A stretch of 64,000 nucleotides of DNA, from assembly GCA_028534125.1 (NCBI GenBank), contig CM052817.1, positions 69,256,001-69,320,000 on the forward strand, in the 5' to 3' direction. Below the pieces are notes generated by a model that was given only the letters and a program-made list of their open reading frames with translations, searched no databases and was not told the origin of the DNA. A program made the translations under genes and the position numbers. Below are positions 13,460 through 25,589 of this stretch, piece after piece; position 1 is the stretch's first letter; the number at the start of each line of letters is the position of its first letter. This DNA is from Lama glama (taxonomy: Eukaryota).

Positions 13460-13750
13460 AACAATTCAGTTCAATAAACACTTGCCACGTATATATTCTA
13501 ACAGCAGGTCAGGATACAAAGGTGTTTACAGCACAGTCTTGACACTCAAATAGCCCATAGTCTCAGAAGGCAGGCAGGTATGTAAAGAAATAAGCTACAG
13601 TACAGTATGGTAAAGGGAAAGATCAACAATATGTACAGAGTGCAGGGGTAGCACAGAAAATTAATAATTATGAATAATTACTTCTATAGAGATGTGGGGG
13701 AAGGAAGGTGTAGAAAAAAGTTTCCCAGACAAGGGGGATTCTGAGCTGAG
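13460..13750 (-). mobile_element. L2 fragment
   Basis: ttcaataaacac...cacagtcttgacactcaaatagcccatagtct, antisense L2 3' end. Confidence 0.65.
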
Positions 13751-14764
13751 CAGTTCAACCAGAAGTTCACTTTCTCTACTTCACTCTCTATATTCCTGAA
13801 AAGACAAGGCTTGTTTGGAGAAATGAAAAAGGATCTTCACAGCAGGGTTTGATTTTATTCCTTGGCAAGAAATAAAGGAGGAGTGAAAGGGGCCAGAAAT
13901 CATGGTAATTAGAGGAGGAGGGCCAGAACTTAAACAATCATAATAACCAAAGAGAAAGATTTTTAAATCAACTTTAAATTCAATTTACAATAATTATGAA
14001 GCATTATTTTCCTCCGTATCTTCCAAAAGGATCTAGATCTGCCAAATACCATCCACAAATTTACCCAGCACATTCGTTTCTAGTAGAGTGAAAATCATTT
14101 GTGCAAGCTGTCCGGCTTTTGATAGATGATCAGGGTCATGACCTGTAAGCCTTCAAGTATTCAAAATTCATTTTCAGAATCAAAGACCTATCACGTGCTC
14201 TCCTACTGTGCACCTGAGACAGCCTCTGAGAATAAAATAAAGAAAGAATCACTTGAGGGGAATATTGCTATGACACTAGCTCAAAGAATACAGCAGGTCT
14301 CAGTAGCCTTGACTTAATTATCACTCAGGGAGTGTCTTTTGTGTGCCAGGCATTCCACAAAGGGCTGCATATACATTTTTCCATTTAGTCTTTATCACAT
14401 CCTTGCAATGAACTGATAGACTATCCAATTGACAGATGAAGATGAGCTTGAGCTTTCAACGCCAAAATTACCAGTCTTCAGAAGCTTCACAAAAATAGAG
14501 GATTAAATTTGAGGATGGGGGAAAGAAAGTATGGGAGATTTTTCAGGTAGATTAAACCGTCTGAAGCAAGGGGACCAAATAATTTGAAGTGTCAATTCTG
14601 CCTTTCTATAACTATAGTTGGTTCACCCTATGCCCTGCTGTCCTCTCCATTGTGTTTGACTTTCCTAAACTTCAGAATTTGTGTGTGACTAAAGTTAGTC
14701 CTTTGACTGAGGAAGCCCAGAGAACCTGGGTAGGAGGGCTATGAGCTGTTGGTTTGGATCTTAC

Positions 14765-14843
14765 CTAAAAAGTTCAATATCCAGCACGGCGGGGAGCTTT
14801 CCAGCTTCACCTATACAGGTGCAAAAGCTTTGGCCTGTTCAAC
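14765..14843 (-). pseudogene. Fossil exon, 79 bp (VEQAKAFAPV*VKLESSPPCWILNFL)
   Basis: Strong acceptor tgctttgtattttgcag|g; donor tag|gtaaga; one in-frame TAG. Confidence 0.65.
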
Positions 14844-14933
14844 CTGCAAAATACAAAGCATGCCATGAATAATGGAAACATTTCTCTCCCTGCTATTTTT
14901 AAGGATTCCAAGGAAATTCATAAAACAGCTTGC

Positions 14934-15455
14934 TTCCTCTCAAGAAAAGTGGAAAGATACATTTATTTTGACAGACTATCTCTTCTCCAAATACCCATCA
15001 TAAATTAGTCACTGCTTCTCTAACACAGCTCCAGATTCCCCAAACCAAGGCAGACAGTTTTATTTACTATCCCTCATGTAATTTCATTGTCAGCATCAGG
15101 TCCCCAAAGTGGCGACGTTAAAGCATGTCTTCTGTGACCACATTGTATTTCAATGAACCTCTTTAAATTATTGCTCAAACTCAAGAATTTCACGGAATAG
15201 AATTTGAAATTCATTGGTCTGGACTTATTACAGTCTTAATTTTACAGGGAGATGGATATTTTGCACAAGAGTAACAATCTCACAATAGGCAGTAAATTCA
15301 TTACTAAAAAGGTAAGTATTTTTAATTTCGTATGTTTGCATTCTCTTTAACAAGGATCTTTTGGTTAAACATTTTATGAAGTGATAAATTATTTTATAAA
15401 ACATGTCTTTTTCCTCTTCTCACCAATTTCCATGTTTTTCTATTTAAACTTTCAC
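14934..15455 (-). pseudogene. Fossil exon with Walker B-like KLRL**VQTNEFQILF (15198-15224) and sensor-like KCIFPLFLRGS
   Basis: Acceptor acaatctag|g; several frameshifts; donor degenerate (gcaagc), so the end is uncertain. Confidence 0.45.
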
Positions 15456-15897
15456 CTAGATTGTCGTAAATCAACATAAAATTCTAAGTGGCAGAGCCAG
15501 GTTTGGAGAGCTAGCAGGTCCAATTCCAAATCCTACAGTTTTTGTGACAATTACGTTTCCTGTCTTGTAAGCTCTTGTTGATGACTCTGTTGTGCAGCCA
15601 GGGCACTTGGAGCGTCACTGTAGAACTTACTTAGAAGTAAGAAAACCGGACAAGTATCATCTGCATCACCTCCAGCTCTCCACCTTTGACTTTTCACACT
15701 ATGTGTACTTCGACTGTGTACACACTGACTTCTGCAATATTCTTTAGCCTTATTTGTTTCCAGTCTAACATATTCATTAATTCAACTATGGTAGTTTCAG
15801 AAAGGCTTCCAAGAAAGTTATACAATTTGAAAGACAATTACCCTCAAAATGAGCTTGATAGTTTGAACGAATTGAGCTATCAATCTTAGAAACTTAG

Positions 15898-16268
15898 TGT
15901 TTCCCTCAGTTTGGGCTGCTATAAAAAAATTACCATAGAATAGGTGGCTTAAACAACAAACATTTATTTCTTATGATTCTGGGGGCTAGAAGTCAGAGAT
16001 CACGGTGTCAGTGTCGCCAAGTTCTTGGTGAGAGCCACCTTGCCTTCCTGGTTATGTCCTCATGTGGCCTTTCCTTGGTGTGCATGCAGAGAAAGAGAGA
16101 TTTCATACCACTTCTTTTTGTAAGAGCACTAATCCTACATGAAGGCTCTACCCTCATGACCTGATGACCTCCCAAGGCCCCACCTCCAAATACTGTCACC
16201 CTGGGGATTAGGGTTTCAGCATATGAATTTATTTTCTGGAGGTGGAGGGGACACGTAGTGAATATAAC
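15898..16268 (-). mobile_element. MLT1A/MST-like MaLR solo LTR
   Basis: gggctgctataaaaaaattaccatag...ctcccaaggccccacctccaaatac...ggggattagggtttcagcatatgaattt. Confidence 0.88.
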
Positions 16269-16645
16269 TGTAAGTTGCTCCAGTAATGTCTATTCCCAGT
16301 TTTCCCTTTGTGTCTCAAGGTTCTTTCCCAGGAACAGCTCTGGCTCCTAAGAATAATTGTGACTTTTGACTTGTGGAATGTTAATGCTTCTCCTTAGCTA
16401 TGTTTGGGTATATGAATCTTCTTTGCTCCTGCACAAAGATAAATGGGAAAGTAGGGCTGCCTCCTGGCTTGTCTCCCTAACTGTATAGATCTAGAATGCC
16501 CATTGTGGCTTTTATTATTTGTGACCAGCGCTCAGAAACACCACAGAGCTTCCTCCCAACATGACCATCTATACGTTCCAACTAACTCTTCATAAGAAAA
16601 TGTGTCTCAGTAATCCACGCCATGACAGTAGAAACAGGCGCTTAC

Positions 16646-16747
16646 CTTCCATCTGCTTATTACTACTAAGATCAGTTCAGGGAAGCAGGGGCTGCATTGG
16701 GTTCAAGGACTTTATTAAGGAATTGTCAATAGCTAGCTGAATCTTCC
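16646..16747 (-). pseudogene. Fossil exon, 102 bp (EDSASY*QFLNKVLEPNAAPA/PELILVVISRWK)
   Basis: Acceptor cccagcttctctcag|g; donor aag|gtaagc; the upstream intron 16748-16811 is only 64 bp. Confidence 0.6.
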
Positions 16748-16811
16748 CTGAGAGAAGCTGGGAGCAGAGGCGCCTCTCCGTGGGATACAGCCAGAACGCC
16801 AGCTATCTTAC

Positions 16812-16992
16812 ATGTTTATCCTACTGTTCACTCTCACTCCTGGGACATTTGCCATAGACAGATACTGATACTCTTCTCTCAACCCCCAAGATAAAACAAT
16901 TAGAGAGACATTTACAAAGTATCCTATATAGGGTTCATTGTCAGAAACCGTAGCATGGGACTCAAAACCTTTTGAGAAGGGTTCTACCACAT
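16812..16992 (-). pseudogene. Fossil exon, 181 bp, fully open (DVVEPFSKGFESHATVSDNEPYIGYFVNVSLIVLSWGLREEYQYLSMANVPGVRVNSRINM), ending in a Walker A-like segment
   Basis: Acceptor tctctgtaatacttcctag|a; donor cat|gtaaga; the stop-free frame (ORF 16808-16990) coincides with the splice sites. Confidence 0.65.
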
Positions 16993-17196
16993 CTAGGAAG
17001 TATTACAGAGATTAAAAAAAAATTAATTCAACATAAAAGAGTTCATACTACTTTTTTATCCACTTCCTTATCAATTTTAATTTAAATATTTAACTATACT
17101 GAAAGTACACTTGAAAATCCAAAGTAATATACAAAAAAAGTAGATTTATCAACCAACATGGATATATGATTTCATTTATAAAATTTTTAAGTTAAC

Positions 17197-17310
17197 CCTT
17201 TAGTTTTGAAGCTACTTCAGTTCTCCCTGCATATCCAAGAAATGGAAGATCTGCAGTATTATAATTACTCTATTATTAATTGCCTCTTTCAACAAACATG
17301 TACTTCATAC
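17197..17310 (-). pseudogene. Fossil exon (...SNYNTADLPFLGYAGRTEVASKLK)
   Basis: Acceptor cctgcag|g; donor agg|gttaac; the phase-1 end joins exon 16992 in frame. Confidence 0.45.
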
Positions 17311-17796
17311 CTGCAGGATTCCAGATTCTGTATAATTCTGTATAATAAGAACCATAAAGAATGTCTATCATTTACTGAGTACATACTATAGTCCAAAAAT
17401 GCCTCTAAGACTTTAGATAAATGATTAAACATATATTCACATTTTAAAATCAGAAAATTAAATCAAAGAGCGATTAACTGCTCAAGTTTCAGCTACTGAG
17501 CACAAACTTATAGGTGGCCATAAATAATGCACCCAAAGTCACTGATGGTACCTTTCAATTATAAAAATCACATAAGCACATTATTTTATATTAGAGAATT
17601 TTGAAAGGGTAAGGAGATTGATTCATTATAATTTGATTTGAAATAGCAAAAATTCTTATTCAGTTTTTCTGCTGGTAATAGAGGTTAAAGCTGAGGCTAC
17701 TGTCAACACTCATGCAGTGAATTGTGAAATTTGATAGCCTGAAGAGGAGGGTGGAGGAATTTTTCTACCATCAGAATTCCTAGTGATGTCAGCAGC

Positions 17797-18480
17797 ATTT
17801 GTTCATTCATTTATTCAAAAATAATTGACCATTTTGTGCTAGACACACAACAGTGAGCAAGAAGACATAGTCCTAGACTTTGCTACAGTTTCAGTTGAGT
17901 TATTAAGAATAGAACAAGTAAACATTAAATCTGCAATTTAGATAACTATCATGGGCAACTTTGGGATACCTTAGGGTGGGAAGAGAAATTCCAGGATACT
18001 TTAAGAGAAAGTAATGATCAGCAAGTCTGGACTGTCAGAGAAGTCCTCTTGATAAAGTGATGTTGGAGTTAGGATAAGATGGATAGTATCAAACCAGGTT
18101 AAAAATAATGCTGGGGTGGCAGAAGGGCATTCGAAGCAAAGGGGACCACGTGAGCAGGATGGTAAGGAGCTTGTCCTGTTAGTGGGACATAGAGAAGAGC
18201 AGGGCAGCTGGAGACACAATAAAAGAGGTGGCATGTGGTGGGAGGTGTGGAAGCCAGATAATGCAGGCTGTGTTATGGAGTTAGCACTTCATTCTAAGAA
18301 CAAAGGGATATCACTGAAAGGATTTACGTAAAGGAAAAAGTTGAACAAAAATAACTTGAAAAGTCTAGTCTGGCCAAACTGTGCAGAACAATTTGAAAGA
18401 GGACAAGGAAACTAGTTTGGAAATTAGAATAGTCCAAGGGAATCATAAAGGAGTGAAGTAGAGCAAATAAAGTGGATCCA
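17797..18480 (-). mobile_element. L2 LINE fragment
   Basis: Starts with the antisense L2 tail ttcattcatttattca; purine-rich L2 body. Confidence 0.75.
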
Positions 18481-18749
18481 AAATGGACAAATGATTAGAT
18501 GGACTCAAGGACAAGATGAGCTAGCCCACAACAGGAGGGATACCACATCCCTAGAAGACTGGAAGGAGGTCTGTTTTTATAGATAAGCTAATTAGTAAGA
18601 GATGAGAAATAGAGGGAGATGACACCGAAGGACTTCAACAATCTTGGTGAATTGGACATTGAGATTGTCAGTTGAAGACAACTTGGGGCAGGGTTAGTAA
18701 GAGATCTCAGGAGAATGGCAATACCAGAAACAAACACTAATGGAAACAA

Positions 18750-18980
18750 AAATAATAACAGCTAATCATTTGAGGGCACTAGAGATTGTTTCAAGTGCCA
18801 AGTTTTAAAATCAGAGCAGCTCTCTGAATTAGAGAATTTTACCAGCCCTGCTTTGGGGATCAGGGAATTTAGCCAGCAGAAACTGAATTAACCAGCAAGT
18901 TCTTCAGCTCATAAATGGTAGAACCAAGTTCAAAATCCAGGCAGTCTGGTTCCAGAGTCTGCGTGCTGAACTACTGTACG
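18750..18980 (-). mobile_element. MIR SINE
   Basis: ttcaaaatccaggcagtctggttccagagtctgcgtgctgaactact. Confidence 0.75.
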
Positions 18981-19018
18981 GTGGGCCATAGCAAAAGCGT
19001 GAAGGGCCCACATCCTAC

Positions 19019-19790
19019 ATGTGTGGTGGGTCCTGTCTGCCATGACAGTGCCCATGCAATCTGGGGTGACTCCTACAGTTCTCTACTGAAAGTTCTCTTT
19101 TCACACTGAATTGGATGTATTGAAACAGGTGACATTTTCTGAAGCTGTATTTTTCCTTTACCCAGTGTTAGTTCCCCTCTATTTTTCTATCCAGAATCGT
19201 TCTCTTAAATTTTTCTTATGCAAAATTCTTAAACGTGATACAGTGTACTTTGCTTCATTTACTTTTAAATTTGTGACATAAAACTATATATGTATATATG
19301 AAATTCTCTCTGTCTCTGTCTCTCAGTTTCTCTCTCTGTGTCTCTGTCTCTTTCCGTCTCAGTTTCTCAGCCTCTCTGTCTCTCTCTCAGAATCTCCATG
19401 CTTTGGTAAAGTCCGTCAGCAGCTAAACATGTAGTTAATGGCACCATAACTTCTTAGCTTGTTAAAAAAGGCTTTGAGCACAGCCAGGCTTTCAAAAATG
19501 TTCTTTTCTAAGAGAAGAGTAAGAGACTAGAGTAAGATACTAATTCAGTGACGGTTTTATACATTATTTATTTGTACATTCCTTCATGTCCTTGGCATGT
19601 ATGTACACAAAAATTGAGCGTTTTAAATTGATCTTTGTGAATTTAACTCCTGTACCCCCATGTCCAGTGAAGGTGGAAAACTCAAGTCTTGTTCAAATCA
19701 AAGTCAAATTAGTCATTGCTGGCTATTCCTCACAGAAAGAAGGGAGTGGTTTTAATACAGACGACACAAGAACTACAAACTGTCTAAAAA
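19019..19790 (-). pseudogene. Fossil exon (...TRLEFSTFTGHGGTGVKFTKINLKRSIFVYIHAKDMKECTNKMY...HWVKEKYSFRKCHLFQYIQF), interrupted by a GA-rich repeat
   Basis: Acceptor gattctatttttcag|; long coding-like frames; 3' end uncertain. Confidence 0.45.
19306..19390. repeat. Imperfect (TC/TCTG)n repeat containing three ctcagtttct-like units
   Basis: Direct reading. Confidence 0.9.
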
Positions 19791-19923
19791 CTGAAAAATA
19801 GAATCATGTGATTGTTCAATGTTACTCTCTCATCAGTGTCTCCTTTTATTCTCTTCAAAACAACCTGTAGCCCCCCCATCAAGACACGAATCCCAGGAAA
19901 TGACTGACAAACTTATCACAATA

Positions 19924-20140
19924 TAGTTGATCCTCAAACAACACAGGATTTTGAACTGCGTGAGTCCACTCATACGCGGATATTTTTCAGTAAATGCTAC
20001 AATACTGCACAACCCTCAGTTGGTTGAATCCAAGGATGTGAACTACAGATATGGAAGGCCAACTGTAAAGTTACACATGGATTTTCAACTGCACAGAGGG
20101 TTGCTGCCCCTCCGCCCTTGCATTGTTGAAAGGTCAACTG
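19924..20140 (+). mobile_element. Tigger2-family non-autonomous DNA transposon
   Basis: TIRs tagttgatcctcaaacaac / gttgaaaggtcaactg; TA TSD; similar to 3716-3934. Confidence 0.9.
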
Positions 20141-20363
20141 TACATGAACTAACGAATGCTCTACCCCCACTGCCTAAACCATGGGTAGTAAAGATCACCC
20201 AACATATATTTGTTGGATGAGTAAGTGAATGAATATATAAAATAACTTTAAAGAGAAGAGTTAAATCTTAGATAAAATAGGTATTCACTATTCACTATCA
20301 AAAAGCTATTCTTAAGAGTAGATTTGTATGGCCCACTTTTGTTTAAATCATTATACCACTCAC

Positions 20364-22073
20364 TTCACCACAAATGATAATTGAATATAAGTAAAACCAG
20401 AAATATAAAACAATGAAAACATGCAAGGAATTCGTTGGTTCTCAACAAAACTATTCTTGATTGGTACCTAATTGCTCGTGCTTTTTGCAACATGTACCCA
20501 TGGGAGTATACAATACCTTCCCTCCTACCTAAGCAGCTTGAAATACATTTTTTAAAATAAAATTTGTTCAGTATCTTTAGCTTTGCATATTTTTTAATCA
20601 ACACAATCATTTGGAAAGAGGCATGCTTTACTTTTTTGAATATACATAGTCATAAAATCTCTCCATGTTAAATATTGTATTTCTGCTTGTTTTCATGATT
20701 ATAAAAAAAGAGATGTGGTCTTCTCAAAATCTTTTGTTAAAGGTAATACGGTTTAAAAATCATGTATTATTTTAAGTATCCCATTGCATGTTTTTGCATC
20801 TTTCCTGACAGGCAGCTCCTGTCAGTGAAACTGGAGTAGACAGACATTGTAGTACATTATCTCCAACATGTCCTGGTCTCTTATACACTGTGGCCTCCAA
20901 CAAGATGTAAATCCACCACCAACCCCTGGAAGGGCCTTTACTAACCTGTAGCTTCTCTACCCCTACAGCTACAATACAGGAACAGCTATAGCTTGCAAAC
21001 CTTCATCTCTAAGTTTTTCCACCAATAAAAGTATGGTCGTTTATCATGCCATATTTTTCTCCTCTTATGTCTTTGCTAAAGAAAAATAACTTTGCTCTTT
21101 TCTTCTTCCTTTGGAAACAATTCTACAAAAATTGTCAAGGATTGCTTTATTGTAGTGTTATATCCAAAAGAATTTTCTTCTTATCTGTAGTATAGAGACA
21201 TAGAAAATTTCAACTAATTCTTTTATACTAATTATACATTTTGTACAAAATAGACACGTAGAATCTCCAGACTGTGGTGAGCATGAAGGCATGTGTTACT
21301 GATTTTAAAATTCACATTTCATTTTTCCCTTTTATAGCAGCTAATCAGTTAGTAGAAGGTCACCAATTAACTATCTGATTTGACATGTTGGAAGTAGTCA
21401 AATAAAACTGGTAATGAAGCAAAAAGTAAATGTAGGATGTGGTGAGGTATTTGGACAGGAGTGTTTACAGGACAGCACAAGCATTAGTCGAGTGCAACCA
21501 ATTAAATATGATATTCATTAGCTCTGGGTACTGCACAATCCTTTCTTTGGATCCAATTGCGTATTTAAATCTTTGACTTACGTGCAGGGGAGAGGCAGCA
21601 TGTTGATAGAATATGAGTTAGATGCTCAAATTGCATAATCATTGCAGTTACGTGATTCACTCAGTTGGACATCCTTTCTGAATAACTCCTGAGTAATATT
21701 TTAAAATATATATTGTTCCAGAGGAAAAGATGAGAACAATCATTGAATGTGCTTTTCTCTAAACTCCAAAAGCTGTTCAATAAAGATTGAGTCTTTGATG
21801 GATTTCAAACTTCTCTGACAGCTGAATGAATATACTCTGTAACAGAGTATCTGTAAAGCAAAAATGTATATAACATGCCTTCTTCAAGTCCACATGTAAC
21901 AAATAAAGATATCAAATGAACTGACATTTTTGCATTACAGTTTAAAATAACATCCTGTGTGATTTCTATATGCTGTGCTGTTAGCTCAATTTCAGATTTT
22001 CTAAACACTGGCTTTGCTTTCAAAGAATAATGTTCCAGTTCCTGTACTGAGTGTGTGGAGACTGGTTCTAAAG
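20364..22073 (-). pseudogene. Large fossil exon or exons with a degenerate NTPase module (PVFRKSEIE; HLISLFVTCGLEEG; TAMIMQFEHL; RLMLVLSC; ASLPVLF)
   Basis: Strong acceptor cttaattttccctccag|; only 2 stops over 21582-22073; donors cac|gtaagt (21582) and gaa|gtgagt (20364); internal acceptor at 21184. Confidence 0.6.
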
Positions 22074-22199
22074 CTGGAGGGAAAATTAAGAATGTGTGGG
22101 TTTTGGCTTCAGAATTAGCCATGCTTTAGTGATCTCCTGCATTAAACTGTTTCTTATTAATAGATCATGCAACTACCCACCACCGTTCACCCTCCCCCT

Positions 22200-22461
22200 T
22201 CCCCACACACATATCTGACACATTCTCATAATCAACAGCAAATGTTCATTCTGAACGTTTCACTTTTTTTTCCTTAAGCCCACCCTGACTTTCATTGTGA
22301 TACAATGAAACCATCAACTATTAGAATTTAGTGTTTAGAGTGAGGCATATAAAATAAGTGAGTATATCTTGAATGTATAGTTGATACTTTTGAAGTATTG
22401 TAACATTTAATATAACATTTATTGAGTTTATTCTTCTCTCCAAGGAGAATGAAGATTTAAT
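22200..22461 (-). pseudogene. Candidate fossil exon
   Basis: Strong acceptor tgtatttcccttttatttattcag|a followed by about 46 open codons (IKSSFSLERRINSINVILNVTILQKYQLYIQDILTY...); donor not identified. Confidence 0.35.
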
Positions 22462-23641
22462 CTGAATAAATAAAAGGGAAATACATAAAGTTATGCAGAC
22501 ACATGAATTTTTATTCTTAAAAACCTTTTCATTTTGGATAAAGATTTTGAAAGTGTCTGCTTTGAAAATAAATTTCTAAAGATTTTCAAAAGCATATTTT
22601 TCCCGTTAAATCATACTGAATTGCAACAGTTCTCCTCATATGTTTAACCCCCATTTAGCCCCTATGATATTCACTCTGGTCCAGTATAAAAATATAGCTC
22701 TTATTTAACATGTGGCCAAGTGTTTACTCTTTTTTCAATTGCCATCTGAACTGCTTTGCTTCACTGATCATGTTGGCCCTTCTCATGGTGAGACTCACTC
22801 CTTCCCTTGGCTTCTCTGTCACAGTGGATGGCTCGCCTCTCTATACAGATTATTATCTATATCTTTCATGAATTGACCTTATTCCTCACACTTCCTAAAT
22901 ATAAATGTTCCACACCTTTCTACTGCTCTCCTGTGCTCCCTTACTGAACTTCCATTAACATCATTTGCACTTAAAAGAAATGTGAAACTCTAGAAATACA
23001 TGGATCTTTACCTTCTCTCTCTCTCTCTCTGTGTATGTGTGTCCCTATATTCCTTAAATTCTTTTGTGATAATGCCCAACAGAAATAAATTAGTGATATA
23101 GATTTACAATTAATACATCATTAGAATAGAAGATTTTAGAGATCATCTATTTTACCTTACGGATTGTGTGGTTTCACTTTGCTAGAATTTAATACCTATT
23201 CATTGAACACGTGCTATATGGCAGGCACTATGCTAATACTGATTAAGATACAGTCTTTGAGCTGAAAATGTTTAGGCCAATAGAAGAAAGAGATACACAA
23301 AAATCATTACAGTACGATTCTATATGTAAAATAGCAGATATATGTGCAATACACAGACATTTTATAGAGGAGGGAGTGTGATGAGTGGAGAGTGAAAACA
23401 AAGGACCACAGTCAGGGGAAGGGATACTTTGACAGGAGGTCAAAACAGGTGAGAATTTTTCAGGAGGATAAAGTGCATAGGGTACTTGAGACAGAGCAGT
23501 GTGCTCAGAAAACCTAAACTGGTTCAGACAGAACATAGGAAGAAGGCGAATACTGAAAGTTAGAAATCAACATGATCATCACATATAAAAGTGCTCTCTT
23601 TCTAACACACTTTGGTGCACTCACAGTTGGCATTGAAACTA

Positions 23642-23817
23642 CAGCTGACCCTTGAAAAACACAGGTCTGAACTGTGCTGACACACTTATATGGAGACTTT
23701 TTTCACTAAATATGTACTGCAGTCTACACAATCTGGTTGGTTGCATCCGCCCATGCAGAGCTGAGGAGATGGTGGGCCCACAGTAAAGTGACATAGGGGC
23801 TGCATAGGGGTTGACTG
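23642..23817 (+). mobile_element. Tigger2-family element, internally deleted
   Basis: ta|cagctgacccttgaa start; similar to the two other copies. Confidence 0.85.
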
Positions 23818-24269
23818 TGTATACAGAAAAAGCATTGCTATTTATATTAACACGGAAGGTCTCAGCACTAGGTCATGTCCTTTACAGCATTTTCAACAAT
23901 AATTTAAATGAGGTCACAGGTGTGATGACAATAACATTTGCATTTTACTATATTAGCTTTTGACACTACAAACCTTTCTCAAATACTAATTTAATTGCAA
24001 CTCACAAATTTTGATAAATAAAATGTCATTATAACTGTCATAAAGAGGTTTTCATTTTTTATTAATTTTTGATCCATAAATCATTTAGAAAATGTTTTAG
24101 AATGTCTAAATATATAGGGGATAAGGTAAATATGTTTTGTTATTAATATCTAAATTATGCTAAATGGTGGTCAGAAAATGTAAGCTTTATGATTTTGTTT
24201 TTTATATTTGCTGAGACTTGTTTTATTGCTCAATCTGAGTTCAATTCTAAATACTATATGGGTGCACAA

Positions 24270-25550
24270 GGGGAACCCTCCTACACTGCTGGTGGGAATG
24301 CAGTTTGGTGCAGCCACTATGGAAAACAGTGTGGAGATTCCTCAAAAGACTAGGAATAGACTTACCATAGGACCCAGGAATCCCACTCCTGGGCTTGTAT
24401 CCAGAAGGAAATCTACTTCAGGATGACACCTGCACCCCAATGTTCATAGCAGCACTATTTACAATAGCCAAAACATGGAAACAGCCTAAATGTCCATCAA
24501 TAGGTGACTGGATAAAGAAGATGTGGTATATTTATACAATGGAATACTACTCAGCCACAAAAACCGACAACATAACGCCATTTGCACCAACATGGATGCT
24601 CCTAGAGAATGTCATTCTAAGTGAAGTAAGCCAGAAAGAGAAAGAAAAATACCATATGAGATCGCTCATATGTGGAATCTAAAGACTCATGGACAGAGAA
24701 TACAGACTTGTGGTTACCAGGGGGGTAGAGGGTGGGAAGGGATAGACTGGGATTTCAAAATTGTAGAATAGATAAACAAGATTACANNNNNNNNNNNNNN
24801 NNNNNNNNNNNNNNNNNNNNNNNNNNNNNNNNNNNNNNNNNNNNNNNNNNNNNNNNNNNNNNNNNNNNNNNNNNNNNNNNNNNNNNNNNNNNNNNNNNNN
24901 NNNNNNNNNNNNNNNNNNNNNNNNNNNNNNNNNNNNNNNNNNNNNNNNNNNNNNNNNNNNNNNNNNNNNNNNNNNNNNNNNNNNNNNNNNNNNNNNNNNN
25001 NNNNNNNNNNNNNNNNNNNNNNNNNNNNNNNNNNNNNNNNNNNNNNNNNNNNNNNNNNNNNNNNNNNNNNNNNNNNNNNNNNNNNNNNNNNNNNNNNNNN
25101 NNNNNNNNNNNNNNNNNNNNNNNNNNNNNNNNNNNNNNNNNNNNNNNNNNNNNNNNNNNNNNNNNNNNNNNNNNNNNNNNNNNNNNNNNNNNNNNNNNNN
25201 NNNNNNNNNNNNNNNNNNNNNNNNNNNNNNNNNNNNNNNNNNNNNNNNNNNNNNNNNNNNNNNNNNNNNNNNNNNNNNNNNNNNNNTCATGGACAGAGAA
25301 TACAGACTTGTGGTTACCAGGGGGGTAGAGGGTGGGAAGGGATAGACTGGGATTTCAAAATTGTAGAATAGATAAACAAGATTACACTGTATAGCACAGG
25401 GAAATATACACAAAATGTTATGATAAATCACAGAGAAAAAAATGTGACAATGAGTGTGTATATGTCCATGAATGACTGAAAAATTATGCTGAACACTGGA
25501 ATTTGACACAACATTGTAAAATGATTATAAATCAATAAAAAATGTTAAAA

Positions 25551-25586
<36 letters not shown>
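24270..25586 (+). mobile_element. Young 5'-truncated L1 (ORF2 C-terminus, 3'UTR, (TAAA)n tail), probably camelid-specific
   Basis: ORF 24395-24682 is the ORF2 end (CTPMFIAALFTIAKTWKQPKCPS); perfect TSD taaatactatatgggtgcacaa at 24248-24269 and 25587-25608. Confidence 0.95.
24787..25286. other. Assembly gap (500 N)
   Basis: Run of N with duplicated flanks. Confidence 0.99.

Positions 25587-25589
<3 letters not shown>

Noticed and set aside
805..22073. Intact protein-coding gene on the minus strand
   Set aside because: Most exons contain in-frame stops or frameshifts, far too many for sequencing error or recoding.
24395..24682. 95-aa ORF as a host gene (likewise 30536-31124 and 44176-44367)
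   Set aside because: These are LINE-1 ORF2 remnants inside truncated elements.
24679..25509. The two longest ORFs in the track (276 aa and 198 aa)
   Set aside because: They span the 500-N gap, and the real residues are L1 3'UTR translations.
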